Assembly: GCA_963514005.1 (NCBI GenBank)
Contig: OY740786.1
Span: 67,890,001-67,954,000, forward strand
Length of the DNA stretch: 64,000 bases
Direction: 5' to 3'
From: Raja brachyura
Lineage: Eukaryota
The notes under the pieces were generated by a model. That model searched no databases, was not told the DNA's origin, and saw nothing but the letters and a program-made list of their open reading frames with translations. A program made the translations under genes and the position numbers. Shown piece after piece: positions 1 to 12,400 of the stretch (the stretch's first letter is position 1; the number at the start of each line of letters is the position of its first letter).

Positions 1-310
1 ACAAAGGGTGGCGGGTGTATGGAACGAGCTGCTGGAAGAGGCAGTTGAGGCAGGTACTATCGCAACGTTTAAGAAACATTTAGACAGGTACATGGATAAA
101 CACAAAACGGAGGAGTAACTCAGCGGGACCGGCAGCATCTCTGGAGAAAAGGAATGGGTGACGTTTTGGGTTGAGACCCTTGGATAGGATAGGTTTAGAG
201 GGATATGGGCCAAATGCAGGCAGATGGAACTAGTGTAGATAGGACATGTTGGTTGGTGTACGCAAGTTGGGCCGAGGGCCTATTTCTACACTGTATGGCT
301 CTATGACTCC
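1..310 (+). mobile_element. CR1/HER1-like LINE 3' end, interrupted by a hammerhead micro-insert at 99-180
   Basis: CR1 tail (gtatggaacgagctg...tttaagaaacatttagacagg...ctatgactc), repeated at 28300-28563, 33890-34250 and 50510-50765. Confidence 0.8.
99..180 (-). mobile_element. Penelope-derived hammerhead micro-element, TSD TGGATA
   Basis: TGGATA at 93-98 and 181-186 flanks the reverse complement of the Penelope tail. Confidence 0.8.
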
Positions 311-345
311 ATTACACAGATTTGTTCCCCTCAACTGCAAATTAC

Positions 346-486
346 CTTGACCAGCTGCCTTCTCTCTTTGCCATCGGACCCCACACAATCAATGATTTTT
401 GGAAGATTCACTCCTCCTGCTAATCGAAACTGAGACTTGAATGATTGTACAGTTATCAGGTTTTCATACTTTCCAGATGGATCAAC
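346..486 (-). CDS. ATM: ATM exon 55 equivalent (141 nt), kinase N-lobe start
   Basis: [47 protein letters not shown]. Confidence 0.98.
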
Positions 487-3400
487 CTGAAAGCAGAATA
501 ATAAAAAGTTATAAATTGGAAACTGCAGGTGCTCATTTACAAAGAAAAGACACAAAATGCCAAAGTAACTCAGCGGGTCAGGCAGCATCCCTTGAGAACA
601 TGGATAGGTGATGTTTTGGGTCAGGACCCTTCTTCAGTCTGACTGCCTTACAAATTAGTAATGGAATAGGGTACAGGGAAAATACATTGAGATAGTTATA
701 AACAATAGGGTACTGGTGAATACTTTGAGATAGTTATGAAGACGGATACATCAGGACCTAATGGGCAAGTCCCACTTAGGCAACTTTTTTGGCGACTGCA
801 GTCGCCACATGTTCGGGGTTGGTTGCAGGGGAGTCACCTTCATGGTCGTGAGGAGTTCCTGCATTCTGAGAACTATTCGGGGCCTCATTATGGTTGCCGT
901 GAATTTTTCAACATGTTGAAAAATTAGCGGCGACTAGAATGAAGCCGCCATGGAGAGTAGCGAGAATTCTCGTGCCGTAGCTGGGTCGCAAGGAGGTCCT
1001 AATGGGTTGCCAGGAGGTCGAAGGTTCTCGTAGGTTGTAGCCAGTGCTGACCGGTGAATTTCATTGGCTCATTGGGAAAAGAAATGTAAGCAGTAGTTTT
1101 CAGAACCAAGGATAACCTTGGTTAAATGTCCGCCGAACTTCACAGCCGTGTATCTCTGGCTTCTTAAAAGTGTTCTCCACCCTTCTCCCCCCCACTTTTA
1201 AAGGACTTACCATACACTGTGCTTGAACCGCCTTAATTATAGCACCAACCTTCCTGTTCATCGTGATGTGTGTCTGTATCACATTGGCTTTTTGTGTGTG
1301 TGTGTGCGTGCGTGCGTGCGTGTGTGTGTTCCACTCTGACAGTCGCCATTCCAGTTGCTGGTTTTTCAGGCGACTGCCGGCAACTTGACGATTTCTTTAA
1401 GAAAGACCGTCGGCAACTTGTCAGTCGTCGGAAAAATTGCCTAAGTGGGACAGGCCCATTAGGATAAACTATTAAATTGGGAGAGGAGAGATTGTAACAT
1501 CATTAGGCAGTAAAGTGAGAGCAGCAGTTATTGAATAAGCCAACACCCGACATGTGGGATTTGCTTAAAGCCACTGATCAGAGTTCAGGAGCGATAAGGA
1601 TGGCAAGTTAAGGGAACCTTGGATGGTAGATAGGTGTAAATTTGGTCTAAAATAAAACATTTGTAAAGTTAAGGAGGGTGAAATCAAATAGGGCCTTTTA
1701 TAATGAAAGTTGGAAAGACCTCATGGAGGGAAGTAGGAGGGCCAGAAGGGGCCATGAAATGTCAATGGCAAATTGGATTAAAGGGCAACCCAAGGTATAC
1801 ATTAAATACAAAAGGGTAGCTGAGGTTGATTTAAAGCGAATCCCATGTGTCAGGTGTAGACTTACTCAATAATTGCTGCTCTCAATTTATTGCTTTATAA
1901 TGTTATAATCCTTATTCATACATTAAAAATAAAAGGTAATAAGGTCACTATTAATGATTTTACCTTGACTTCCATGGTTGGAATAACAACTTCAAGATTC
2001 TTTATTTTTGTGATAGGCTGTGTTGCAGGAATTTCAATGGCTTCTACAATTAGAGAAGGCACAATACATTTTAAATACTTTGTTATATAGAAGTAATTAA
2101 TCATTTAAAATCATACAACTGAGAAAGATTAGGAATGCAGGAAAACAAAACTAAATATGGAAAGTGCCAGACCAATTCCTTCCACATATCATCTATATAT
2201 TTTGTTTTAATCAGCATAAGCACCAAAGATCTATCGAAGTAGTTCTTCACTTCCTTCTCTTAAACAGGTAGCCCAAGTAACCAGACCAAAAGTAAGAATG
2301 TTTTTTAGAAGTAAAAGTATCTAAATATGCAACATATCCAGCTCACTACCAAACTTGACTTACATAAGAAACCATATTATTTAGAGAGGAGCAATAGAAA
2401 ATGGGAAATGTAAGACAAATCACTTTTGATACCCTTAAAGAGCCGCCAGAAAATATTTTTTTCCTTTTCTATTAATATTGGTTTCCATACATATTTTTAA
2501 ACCATTAATGAAACTTGGGTTCGTAAATAATGAACATAAAATGTTAACAAATACTTACTTCTTTCTGTTTTCCATTTACTAGTGTCCATATTTGCAAGCG
2601 TGATTAAGGAATCGCATAATCTCTCAATGTCCTTTATCATTTTAGCTTTAGATTTTCGAACCGTATTTATTATGTTACTGGCAGCATCCATTCTCTCCTA
2701 AAGCAGTAATAACATAGTTGAGACGATCTGAAATGAATACTATCCACAGCAATAAAATATCAATTATTTTGCAAATGTGAAAGAGATCCTATGGTCTCAA
2801 ATAAAAATATCCAAATCAGAATGTAAATGTATCAGTAATTTGCTTTAAAAAAAAAATAACTTTCACACTTTTTATTTTAAATGTCAGTCCTATCAAATCT
2901 CCACTTTATAAGGTTATCAGTGAAGGAAGGAATGGATTGACAATTCAGTCACTCGGAATGTGTATCCATTCCATGTGCAAAGTTGCCAATTGTGATCATT
3001 TTGGAGAAAGCAGGAACTGCAGATACCGGAATTTTGAGCGAAACACAAAATGCTGGAGTAACTCAGCAGGTCAGACAGCATCTCTGGAGGATAGGAGTAA
3101 CTCAGCAAGTCAGGCAGCATCACTGGAGGACACAAGAGATGTTGCTTGACCCGCTGAGTTACTCCAACGTTTTGTAGTCAATTTGGTGCATCTGTTACGC
3201 CGAGGACTTCATGGACAGCAACAAAAAAAAGCGTTAGATGCACAGCAGCTTAGTTATGTGCAGATAGAGAAGGAACAGGTGGCCACCAGGCAGAACAGGA
3301 GAAGCAAGCAGGTGGGTACTGGTAAAGGCAATTGTTCCTGGGGGGAATGGCACTGGGAGGAAAGTGAGTGAGAAGTAATAAAGAATTCATGAGTAGTTTA

Positions 3401-6400
3401 CAATTGAAGGGTAATCTGATTCTCATTACTCATCACAATTTACCAACAAACCTGATCTAAATGTGGCATCTCCTTTTTTGTATGTTTACCCCTCCTCAGT
3501 TCTTGAGGTTTCCCTAGAATGTCATCCTTGTTTGCATTGGATAAGGCTAAAATGATAAACAGTGTGTGATGTGGATGATCCAATGAAGTTCTTTCAATTA
3601 GCTGTAAGACATTAATAAAACAAAATTATGAGAATACATTGTTATTTATGAAGGAGACAGATAAAAATTCAAGATATTCCACTCTTTAAAAAAAAAAGAT
3701 GTCATTCCTTGGTCTTTCTTTTGTATAAACAATTCTACTATCCTTCTTACACCTTCCGATTCCTAACTAGCATTCTTCTCCCCAAGAACCTATTTGTGTC
3801 TACCTAATTATGGACGGCAGGATCGAATTTCAACATTTTATGCGAATTAAAAGCTCTCTCACTGATTTTTGCTCTTACTCTCCTGATGAAATTAGAATTT
3901 CAAACATGTAACCATGACCAAGGGTGTATCAATATCTACTGCATCCGTTGCTCCAGATGCCAGCTGATCTATATCAGTGAGACCAAGCGGAGGCTTGGCA
4001 ATCGTTTCGCCCAACACCTCCGCTCGGTCCGCAATAACCAACCCGACCTCCCGATGGCTCAGCACTTCAACTCCCCCTCCCATTCCGTATCCGACCTCTC
4101 GGTCCTGGGCCTCCTCCACGGCCAGAGTGAGCAACACCGCAAGTTGGAGGAACAGCTCCTCATATTCCGCTTGGGGAGTCCGCATCCTTTGGGTTTAAAC
4201 ATTGAATTTTCTCAATTCTGTTAACCCTGGCTGTCTCCTCCCCTTCCCACCTCTCCCTCAGCCCTCGGGCCCTGGCATTCCTTCTCTCTCTATCTCTCCC
4301 CCACCCAAGTCGCACTAGCTTCTCATTTTCACACTACAAACAGCTTACAATGGCCAGTTTCCTTTATCATCGATACTTTTTTGCATATCTTTCATTCATT
4401 GTTCTTTATCTCTCCACATCACCATCTATATCTCTCGTTTCCCGATCCCTAACCAGTCTGAAGAAGGGTCTCGACCCGAAACGTCGCCTATCTCCTTCGC
4501 TCCTTAGATGCTGCTGCACCCGCTGAGTTTCTCCAGCCTTTTGTGTACCCTGTATCAATATCTATATGGGTCGGTGGGGGCGCTGCAAGCCGGCAGCCCT
4601 GCCAGCAATGTGTTAGTTCTTTCTACTTTTTTGTTTTTTTAGTGTGTCCTAATGTAGGTTTTCAATGTTTCTCTGTGTGTCTTGTGTGTGGGGGGGGACA
4701 AGGGGGAAAACCGCTTAGGTCGCCTCCTCCATGGAGCGGCGACTTTATCCATGTCGCCTCCCCGCGGCCTAACATTGAGGATCGGTGCAGCCTTTCTCGG
4801 AGACTTCAGCAGTGGGCGCAGCGTGGACTTTCGTCGAGGAGCAGGCGAGCCCTAGCCGGGGGTCGCCGGAGGGGAGCGCTCCGTTCGCTGGCCCATGGCA
4901 GCTTGAAGCCGCGGTCTGCGGAGCTCCAGCTGACGCAGCGTCTGCAGCCTGGGATCCCTCGTTGGGGACCCAGGAGGAGAAGAGCTCTGACCGCTGGTCC
5001 GCGGCCTATTTTTACCGCGGACGCGGCAGGGTCTTACCATGCTGAGCGGGATCCCTCACCGGGAACCCCTGGAAAGGAGCTCCGACTGCCGGCCCTGAGG
5101 TGCTTCTAGCTGCAGCGCAGCGGGGACTTTAGATCTTCGACTGCCGGCCTACACCAACTTGAAGCCGCGGTCTCCGGTGGGGAGGCACCGATTCAGTACT
5201 TACCTGGACTTTACCATGTCTACACATCTGGACGCCCGCAGCGGCGACTGCGGAGGGTTGAGGTCCTGACCACAGGGGAAATGGAGGAGGAATAGCTACA
5301 TTTTGTGCCTTCCACCACAGTGATGAATGCTGTGGTGGATGTTTGTATTAAATTTTTATTGTGTATTGTGTGTTCTTTTTTTATTGCACCGCTGCTGGCT
5401 AATTAATTTAACTTGCACTTTATGTGCAAGTGACGAATAAAACTGATTGACTGATTGATAGATATATATGACCCACACTGCAATGATCTTTCAAACTTTA
5501 AGATTAAATAATTTTATCAAAGCACGTTTGATTATTTGTACCAATCCCATTTAGAAGAGATTAGAATAGGTGTTGTATATAGGCCCCTGAATATCAGTTG
5601 TGATATCAAACACAGTATGAATAAGGAGGTGCACGTAATAGGAGTAATACAGAAATCAGATCAAAAATACTTCTTCACGAAAATCGAAATTGTGAATGGC
5701 TCATGTTGCCCCACACCCTCATGAACAAGTTACAAATTGAATAATCCAAATAAAAAATAACGAGAGAACTCAGTGCATAAAATTATAAAAATGTGCAGAA
5801 TGTAAGATTATTTAATGCATATGACGGTCAACAACAAAATTTGAAACAGTGGGATGTCCTGGAGAAATAAACAAAACTATGCAAGTACAAGTGTTTTACT
5901 TCCTTTGGATTCTGTCACTTTTCTAGTCAAGACCACTGGAGGGGCACCACCCATCAGTGGCAGATGCAGTATGTGCAAAAGCTGTGCAGAAAAACAGCTT
6001 CCAGCAACAGGTGTACCTATTGAGATACTCCAAGATTGTATCAATGATGGGCCATTCAGTTCTATCCTGGAATATTATGGATTTGCCTTATCCGGGCAAC
6101 TGCATAATCTGCTGCAGAGTAATTGTGTATGGAATGTGTATCACATTTTACTAGCTTCAGATTTCCCTACAATGTAATCTTTGCATTTTTATGTTTTCAT
6201 TTGTTTTAATATATATTTTTTATTTTTTTTATATAGATAGAAAATAATAGAGGGAGAGAAAAGAAACCAGAAAGTTAAAAGAGAATGGAATAATCAGCTA
6301 ATTATACATAATTGGAGATATGTCCATGGATTATAAAATGTAATTCTTCATCTAATCCTTGATTCGGGTTTCAGTCAGGTTCTCGTGCCGAACCGGTTTG

Positions 6401-9400
6401 CCCCTTCAAATATTCAATGAATGGAGACCATATTCTAGTAAATAGTTCTTGTTTATCCATTAAGCCAAATCTTAATCTTTCCAAATGTAGGGTCTCCGAC
6501 ATTTCCATAGTCCACATTTTAATTGTGGGGGTTATAGGACCTTTCCAAAATTTTAATATTATTTTTTTCCCAGTTATTAAACTATAATCGATAAAGTTTC
6601 TTTGGTTTGTTATAAATAATTGATTTTGTTCTAGTATTCCTGATATTATTAATTTTGAATCTGGGTCCAATTGGATATTGACAACTTCCGAAATTATCTT
6701 AAAAATTTCCGTCCAAAATAATTAATTTTTATACAACTTACAAATGTGTGCGTTAAGTTAGCCTCTGAGTGCTGATTTTTCACAAATAGGAGATATGCTT
6801 GGGAAAATTCTATTTAATTTTTTTTTGAATAGTGCAATCTATGTAATACTTTAAATTGTATTAAAGAGTGTCTAGCATTTAACGAACAGTGATGTATATG
6901 TTGTAAGCTTTCGTCCCATATTTCTGGCCTTATTGTTTGGCCTAGTTCATTTTCCCATGATTGCCTATATATTTCCGTCATGGGTGCATCATTATCTAAT
7001 AGGATATTATAAATATAAGATATCATTTTTTCTGTGTTAGGGTATTTATTCAAACATTCATCAAAAATTTCTGTCTTTCTATTTCTATAGTCCTGTGTAC
7101 TTGATTTAGCGTAGTCTCTAAGTTGTAGATATCTAAAGTAGTCATTTGAGTGAAGCCCATAAATTTGTTGTAGTTCCTGAAATGAGAGGAATGTACCTTT
7201 CCTATAGAGATGACCCATCTTTGTAATTCCGTGATTTTTCCATTGTAAAAAACCCTTATCCATCATTGAGGGTTTAAATGTAGCGTTGTTTACAATGGGA
7301 AGAGGTAGTAGTAAATTATCCAATTTTAGTGTATTTTTTAATTGTTTCCAAATGCGTATTCCACTATATATTATGGGGTTTTCACTATAGGTTTTTTTGC
7401 TTAATTTAGTAATAGCAAATAAGATCGACCCAATTTCAAAAGGTAAACAGTCTTCCTTTTCCATTTTTAACCAATCTGGTTGTTGGTCCAGTTCTTCCAA
7501 CCAAAAAATCATATTTTTAATGTTAACTGCCCAAAAATAGAGCATAAAATTCGGTAGGGCTAAACCTCCATTTATTTTTGATTTACATAAGTGTTTTTTA
7601 TTTATTCTGTGGTTTTTATAATCCAAAATAAAATAGGTGACTATGGTGTCAACCTTTAAAAAAAAAGTTTTTGGGAGATATATCGGGATTAATTGAAAGA
7701 GGTACAATAATTGCTGGAGAAAATTTTTTATTGCATTAATTCTACCCAACATTGAGATAAGAATATTTTATATTGGAAAACATTACCTATGTAATTTGGT
7801 CAATAAAGGCAGAAAGTTAAATTTACATAAAGAAGTATGTCTTTGTTACATAAATTCCAAGATATTTAAATTTGTCATTTACTATTTTAAAAGGAAATTG
7901 TTGTAATATATGTGGGTTACTTTCCATTATTGGCATGATTTCACTTTTATTGCAATTAATTCTATATCCTGAAAACGAGCCATATTGAGTTATTAAATTT
8001 AATAAATTTGGGATACTAACTTCAGGTTTTGTAATGTAAATTAATACATCGTCTGCATATAAGGAAATTTTATTCTCAGTATCTTTGGTGTTATACCCAT
8101 ATATTTCAGGATGGGACCTCACGCTTTCTGCTAATGGTTCTATTGCGAGTGCAAATAATAGCGGGGATAACGGACATCCTTGTCTACAGCCTCTAGATAA
8201 GTTACATTTAGCTGATAAGAATTGATTTGTTGATATTCTAGCTGTTGGGTTAGTATATAAAAGTTTTACCCATGTACTAAACTTCTCGCCCAAATGACAA
8301 ATTTTCATAACCGAAAATAAATAGGGCCATTCCACCTGGTCGAAAGCTTTCTCAGCATCTAATGAAGTAATTGCTAGATCTTTGTTAATACTTCTCTTTG
8401 AGTATATAATATTGAATAATCGTCTCAGGTTATATGAAGAGTAGCGTTTTGGTATAAATCCTGTTTGGTCCGGGTGTATTAAGTTATTAATCACTGTGCT
8501 TAATCTTTGTGCTAGGATTTTAGTTAATATTTTTTGATCAGTATTTAGGAGAGCTATAGCCTGGATCATCCAGGTCCTTATCTATTTTTGGTATAAGTGT
8601 TATTATAGATTCATTTAACATTTCTGGTGATTTCTGTTGGGTATAGATATGTTCATACAGTGTCTTTAAACGCGGAACAATCAGGTCATAGAATGTTTTA
8701 TAGAATTCGGAACCTATGCCATTGGGGCCCGGGGATTTACCGTTTTTTAGAGATCTGATAGACTCTTCAATTTCTTTTACTGTTATTTCAGCGTCTAATA
8801 ATTCTCTATCTTTCAAATCTAACCCTTTAAGATTGCATTTTTGTAGGAATGCTTCTGTTCCTTTGTATTTTTAGATAAGGACAAAATAAAATAGTATCTG
8901 CAAATGTATTAGCAATGTATTAATCTGCCAGAGAGACTAATCATACTCAAAAAGGATTCTGGATTCCCCGGATATATATTTTTATTTGGCCACAGAGACG
9001 GCACAGTGGTGCAGCTGGTAGAATCATTGCCTCACAGCGTCAGAGACCCAGTGTGGAGTTTGCACATTCTCCCTGCGACCGCATAGGTAAATTCCCCTAG
9101 TGTGCAGGGAACAGGTAAGTGGGATAACATAGAACTCATATGAACAGGTGATTAATGGTTGGCGTGGACTCGGTGGGCTGTAGGGCCTATCTCCATGCTG
9201 TATCTCTAAATGTTAAAACAATGCTAAAAAAGATACATTATGTTGTGCTCATTCAAGACTTTAGTACCTTGTTTAACACTTCATGGAATCTTTGCCCTCC
9301 TGTCATCTTTGTTCCCATTCGAGCAGCCAGCTGGTACATCAAAGGTAAAAACTTGTAAGATGGAATATTTTCTACACCTTTCTGTTAAAATAGAAAGCCA

Positions 9401-12400
9401 AGGAAAAGTAGAATTTTTATAAAAAGCTCTTTCTGCAGTACAAGCCTGTACATGGACAAACATTATTAATCTAGGTTTTGATTCAGACTTTGCTTATTTG
9501 CTTCAAGGTTCATATCATTCTATCTTTTACAGAATTAAGTAGTTCAGTTCAGTAGGAGTGTGAGCACATCTTCTGTTCTAATTTTTTTTTTTTTTGTAAG
9601 TATCTTATTTTCCTGGAAGGTGAACCAGAGATTAATTAGACCAAATCATAAGAAAGTAATGTGTAGGAAGGAACTGCAGATGCTGGTTTAAACCAAAGAT
9701 AGACACAAAATGCTGGAGTAACTCAGCGGGCAGGCAGCATCTCTGGGGAGAAGGAATGGGTGACTAGACCCTTCAGTTCAGGCTAGACTGAAGAAGGGTC
9801 TCGACCCAAAACGTCACCCATTCCCAGATGCTGCCTGTCCCACTGAGTTACTCTCGCTTTTTCAATCAATCAATCACAATAATACTTTATTAGCCAAGTA
9901 TGTTTTGCAACATACGAGGAATTTCATTTGCCAAGTCAGTCATACAAATAAAAAGAAAAAGAACACACAAAAACATTTTCACATAAACATCCATCACAGA
10001 GACTCCTCCACATTTCTCCCTGTGATGGAAGGCAAAAAAAAGTTCAATCTCTTCGCTTTGCTCTTCTGCGGTCAGGGGCCTCGGGGTTTCCGTTGACAGG
10101 ATGATCTTGACTCCCTTAGCCAGCGGCAGGCCCTCCGCGTCGAGGCGATCTGCTCCTGCATCGGGGGGATGTCAGCTCCCCTGCGCCAGACGATCGAACC
10201 TCGCGTTGGGGCTGGTCGAACCTTCCACGACGTTGGAGCTCCCGACAACCACGGCCTCTCCCGAGACTGCGAGCTCCTGAAGTAAAGACCGCAGGTCGCG
10301 GTTGGAGCTATCCAGGCAAGGGATCGACTCCGATGTAAGTCCATGCCCCGCGGTGGGTCCCAAGGTCAGTCCGATAAAGCCTCCAGCTCCATCGATGTTA
10401 AACCGGAGAATGTGATCCGAAAATGAATCGCATCTCCGGCAAGGTAAGAAACTGAAAAAAATGTTTCCCCCGACCCCGACCCATCCCCCCACATAAACAA
10501 ACAAACAAACAAACCGGAGAAAACTTATACAAACTTTTAACACATACTAAAAATTAAAAAAGACGAAAAAACAAACAGATTGTTGGCGGGGCTGCCACTC
10601 ATACCATTTGTGTCTATCTTCATAAGAAAGGAAATTTGAATGTAGGTCTGAGGCAGGTTGATCAGTCCAAATTGTTCAAAATCTGCTTATCTTTTTTATA
10701 TTTGTAACTAGTTGTGCAGAGATATTCATATAACCAATAATACTGGCAGTATAATGAAGAATAATTACAGCTATATTAACTTTAAATGACTGAACATAAT
10801 TGCTCAGTAAAATCAATATAAAATGTCTTCATTGAAGGAGCAAGGCATTAAAATAAAGTGTATTTTCAATTACCAGGCAAGATATTTCCGTCAAAGTTGT
10901 CCATGTAAATAAAATGGGCACACAGGAAACAAATGATATGAAAAAGTAAGGTATTGCAAATGCAAGATTAAATTAAAAGCATTTCACATCAACGACGTTT
11001 CACAAGAACATCAGAAAATATGATTGTGTCTGATTTATGTTGGACCAAACTCCTTTCTGTGCCATTGATCATACGTGTCTGTTCCTCAATATATCATATG
11101 CTTATACCACCTACCTTTTAAATACTTCTACAAGAACACATATTGGTAATGGTTTAATATTGTCATGTGCACTGAGATAATCTTCTTCTTGCGAATGAAA
11201 CATAAACCAAAGGAATAGTTAGATCTCAAGCTGGGTGTTGAGCAGCCAGGTTGTTGTCTCTGCGTCAATGTCTGCCAGGCCCTGGGCTCCATTTGGTGGG
11301 TGGTAGAACGGGCACCCAGAGATGACGTGGTTGGCTGTCTGTTGTTCTGCTCTGCATTCACAGGCTGGGCTCTGGTGGAGCCCCCATCTCCACATGCTGG
11401 CATTGAAACGCCCAACTCTAGTACTAAGTCTGTTGAGCTTCACCCATGCTCCTCTGGGGAGGTCAGACCCAGGACAGCTTTAATCTGGTGAAGAGATGTA
11501 GCTGCATAATGGAGATGAGGTTGCCTTCCACTCCAGAGACCACTTGGTGGCTATCCAGTATGCTTTTGTCTCAGTTCGCTGGATGGATGCTAGGAGTTGT
11601 TTTCCATGTGGAGCAAAGGGGTGACGGGACTTCAGTCAGGGTGGCCTCTGCTCTCTGCTGACAGCCTGATGGATGAGGTGATCTGGGTCCATGGGACGTC
11701 GAGATAGTGCCAGAGTTGCTGCTTGCCTTCGGATCCCTGCAGGCAGAATGCCTGTAAGTATAGGGAGCTGCTCGACTGGAGTAGGTTGAAGGCACCCTGT
11801 GATGGTTCACATGGTGCAGTTCAGAACCGTGTCTACCAGGCTAGTATGTCTACTTCTACTCCACATGGGTGCGCAGTGCTCAGCTGGAGCATACACAAGA
11901 GCTAAGGCAAAGGTGCAAAGAGTTGCTGGACTGGCTCCCCAACTAGTTCCTGCCAGGCGTCAGATGAGGCCGCTACGTGCCATGACCTTGTCGCGGAGAC
12001 CAGCCAGGTGTTGACGGAATGTAAGCGACTTGTCCAGCTTTACGCCGAGTAAATGAGATAACACTGAGATAATGAAAACCTTCTACACAATCCAGTCAAA
12101 TCATATCATACATCATACCATATCCTGTCCATGATCCTGATAAAAGATCATTAACCTGAAACACTGACCTTGTTTTTCCCACCATAGTATCTGAACTGAA
12201 CTGCATTTCCAGCATGTTATATTTATATTTTAAACTTAGTCTAAAGTGGGACCCGTTGGATTGGGTTGGGTCTCCGACGCTGGGCTGCTGCTTGGGGCTG
12301 GACTGCTGCATGGGGCAGGGCTGTTGCTTGGGGCAGGGCTGCTGCTTGGGGAGGGGCTGCTTTGGGTCCCTCCGAAAGTCCGGTTGGAAACCTCCGCCGG

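Noticed and set aside
4543-5109. 188-aa Arg/Gly-rich ORF, and similar ORFs at 10072-10543, 12096-12524, 14198-14698 and 27246-27689
   Set aside because: Stop-poor GC-rich repeat sequence with no domain motifs.
5854-6177. 107-aa plus-strand ORF, considered as an antisense or nested gene exon (e.g. C11orf65-like)
   Set aside because: No recognisable protein similarity, weak splice donor, and no partner exons found.
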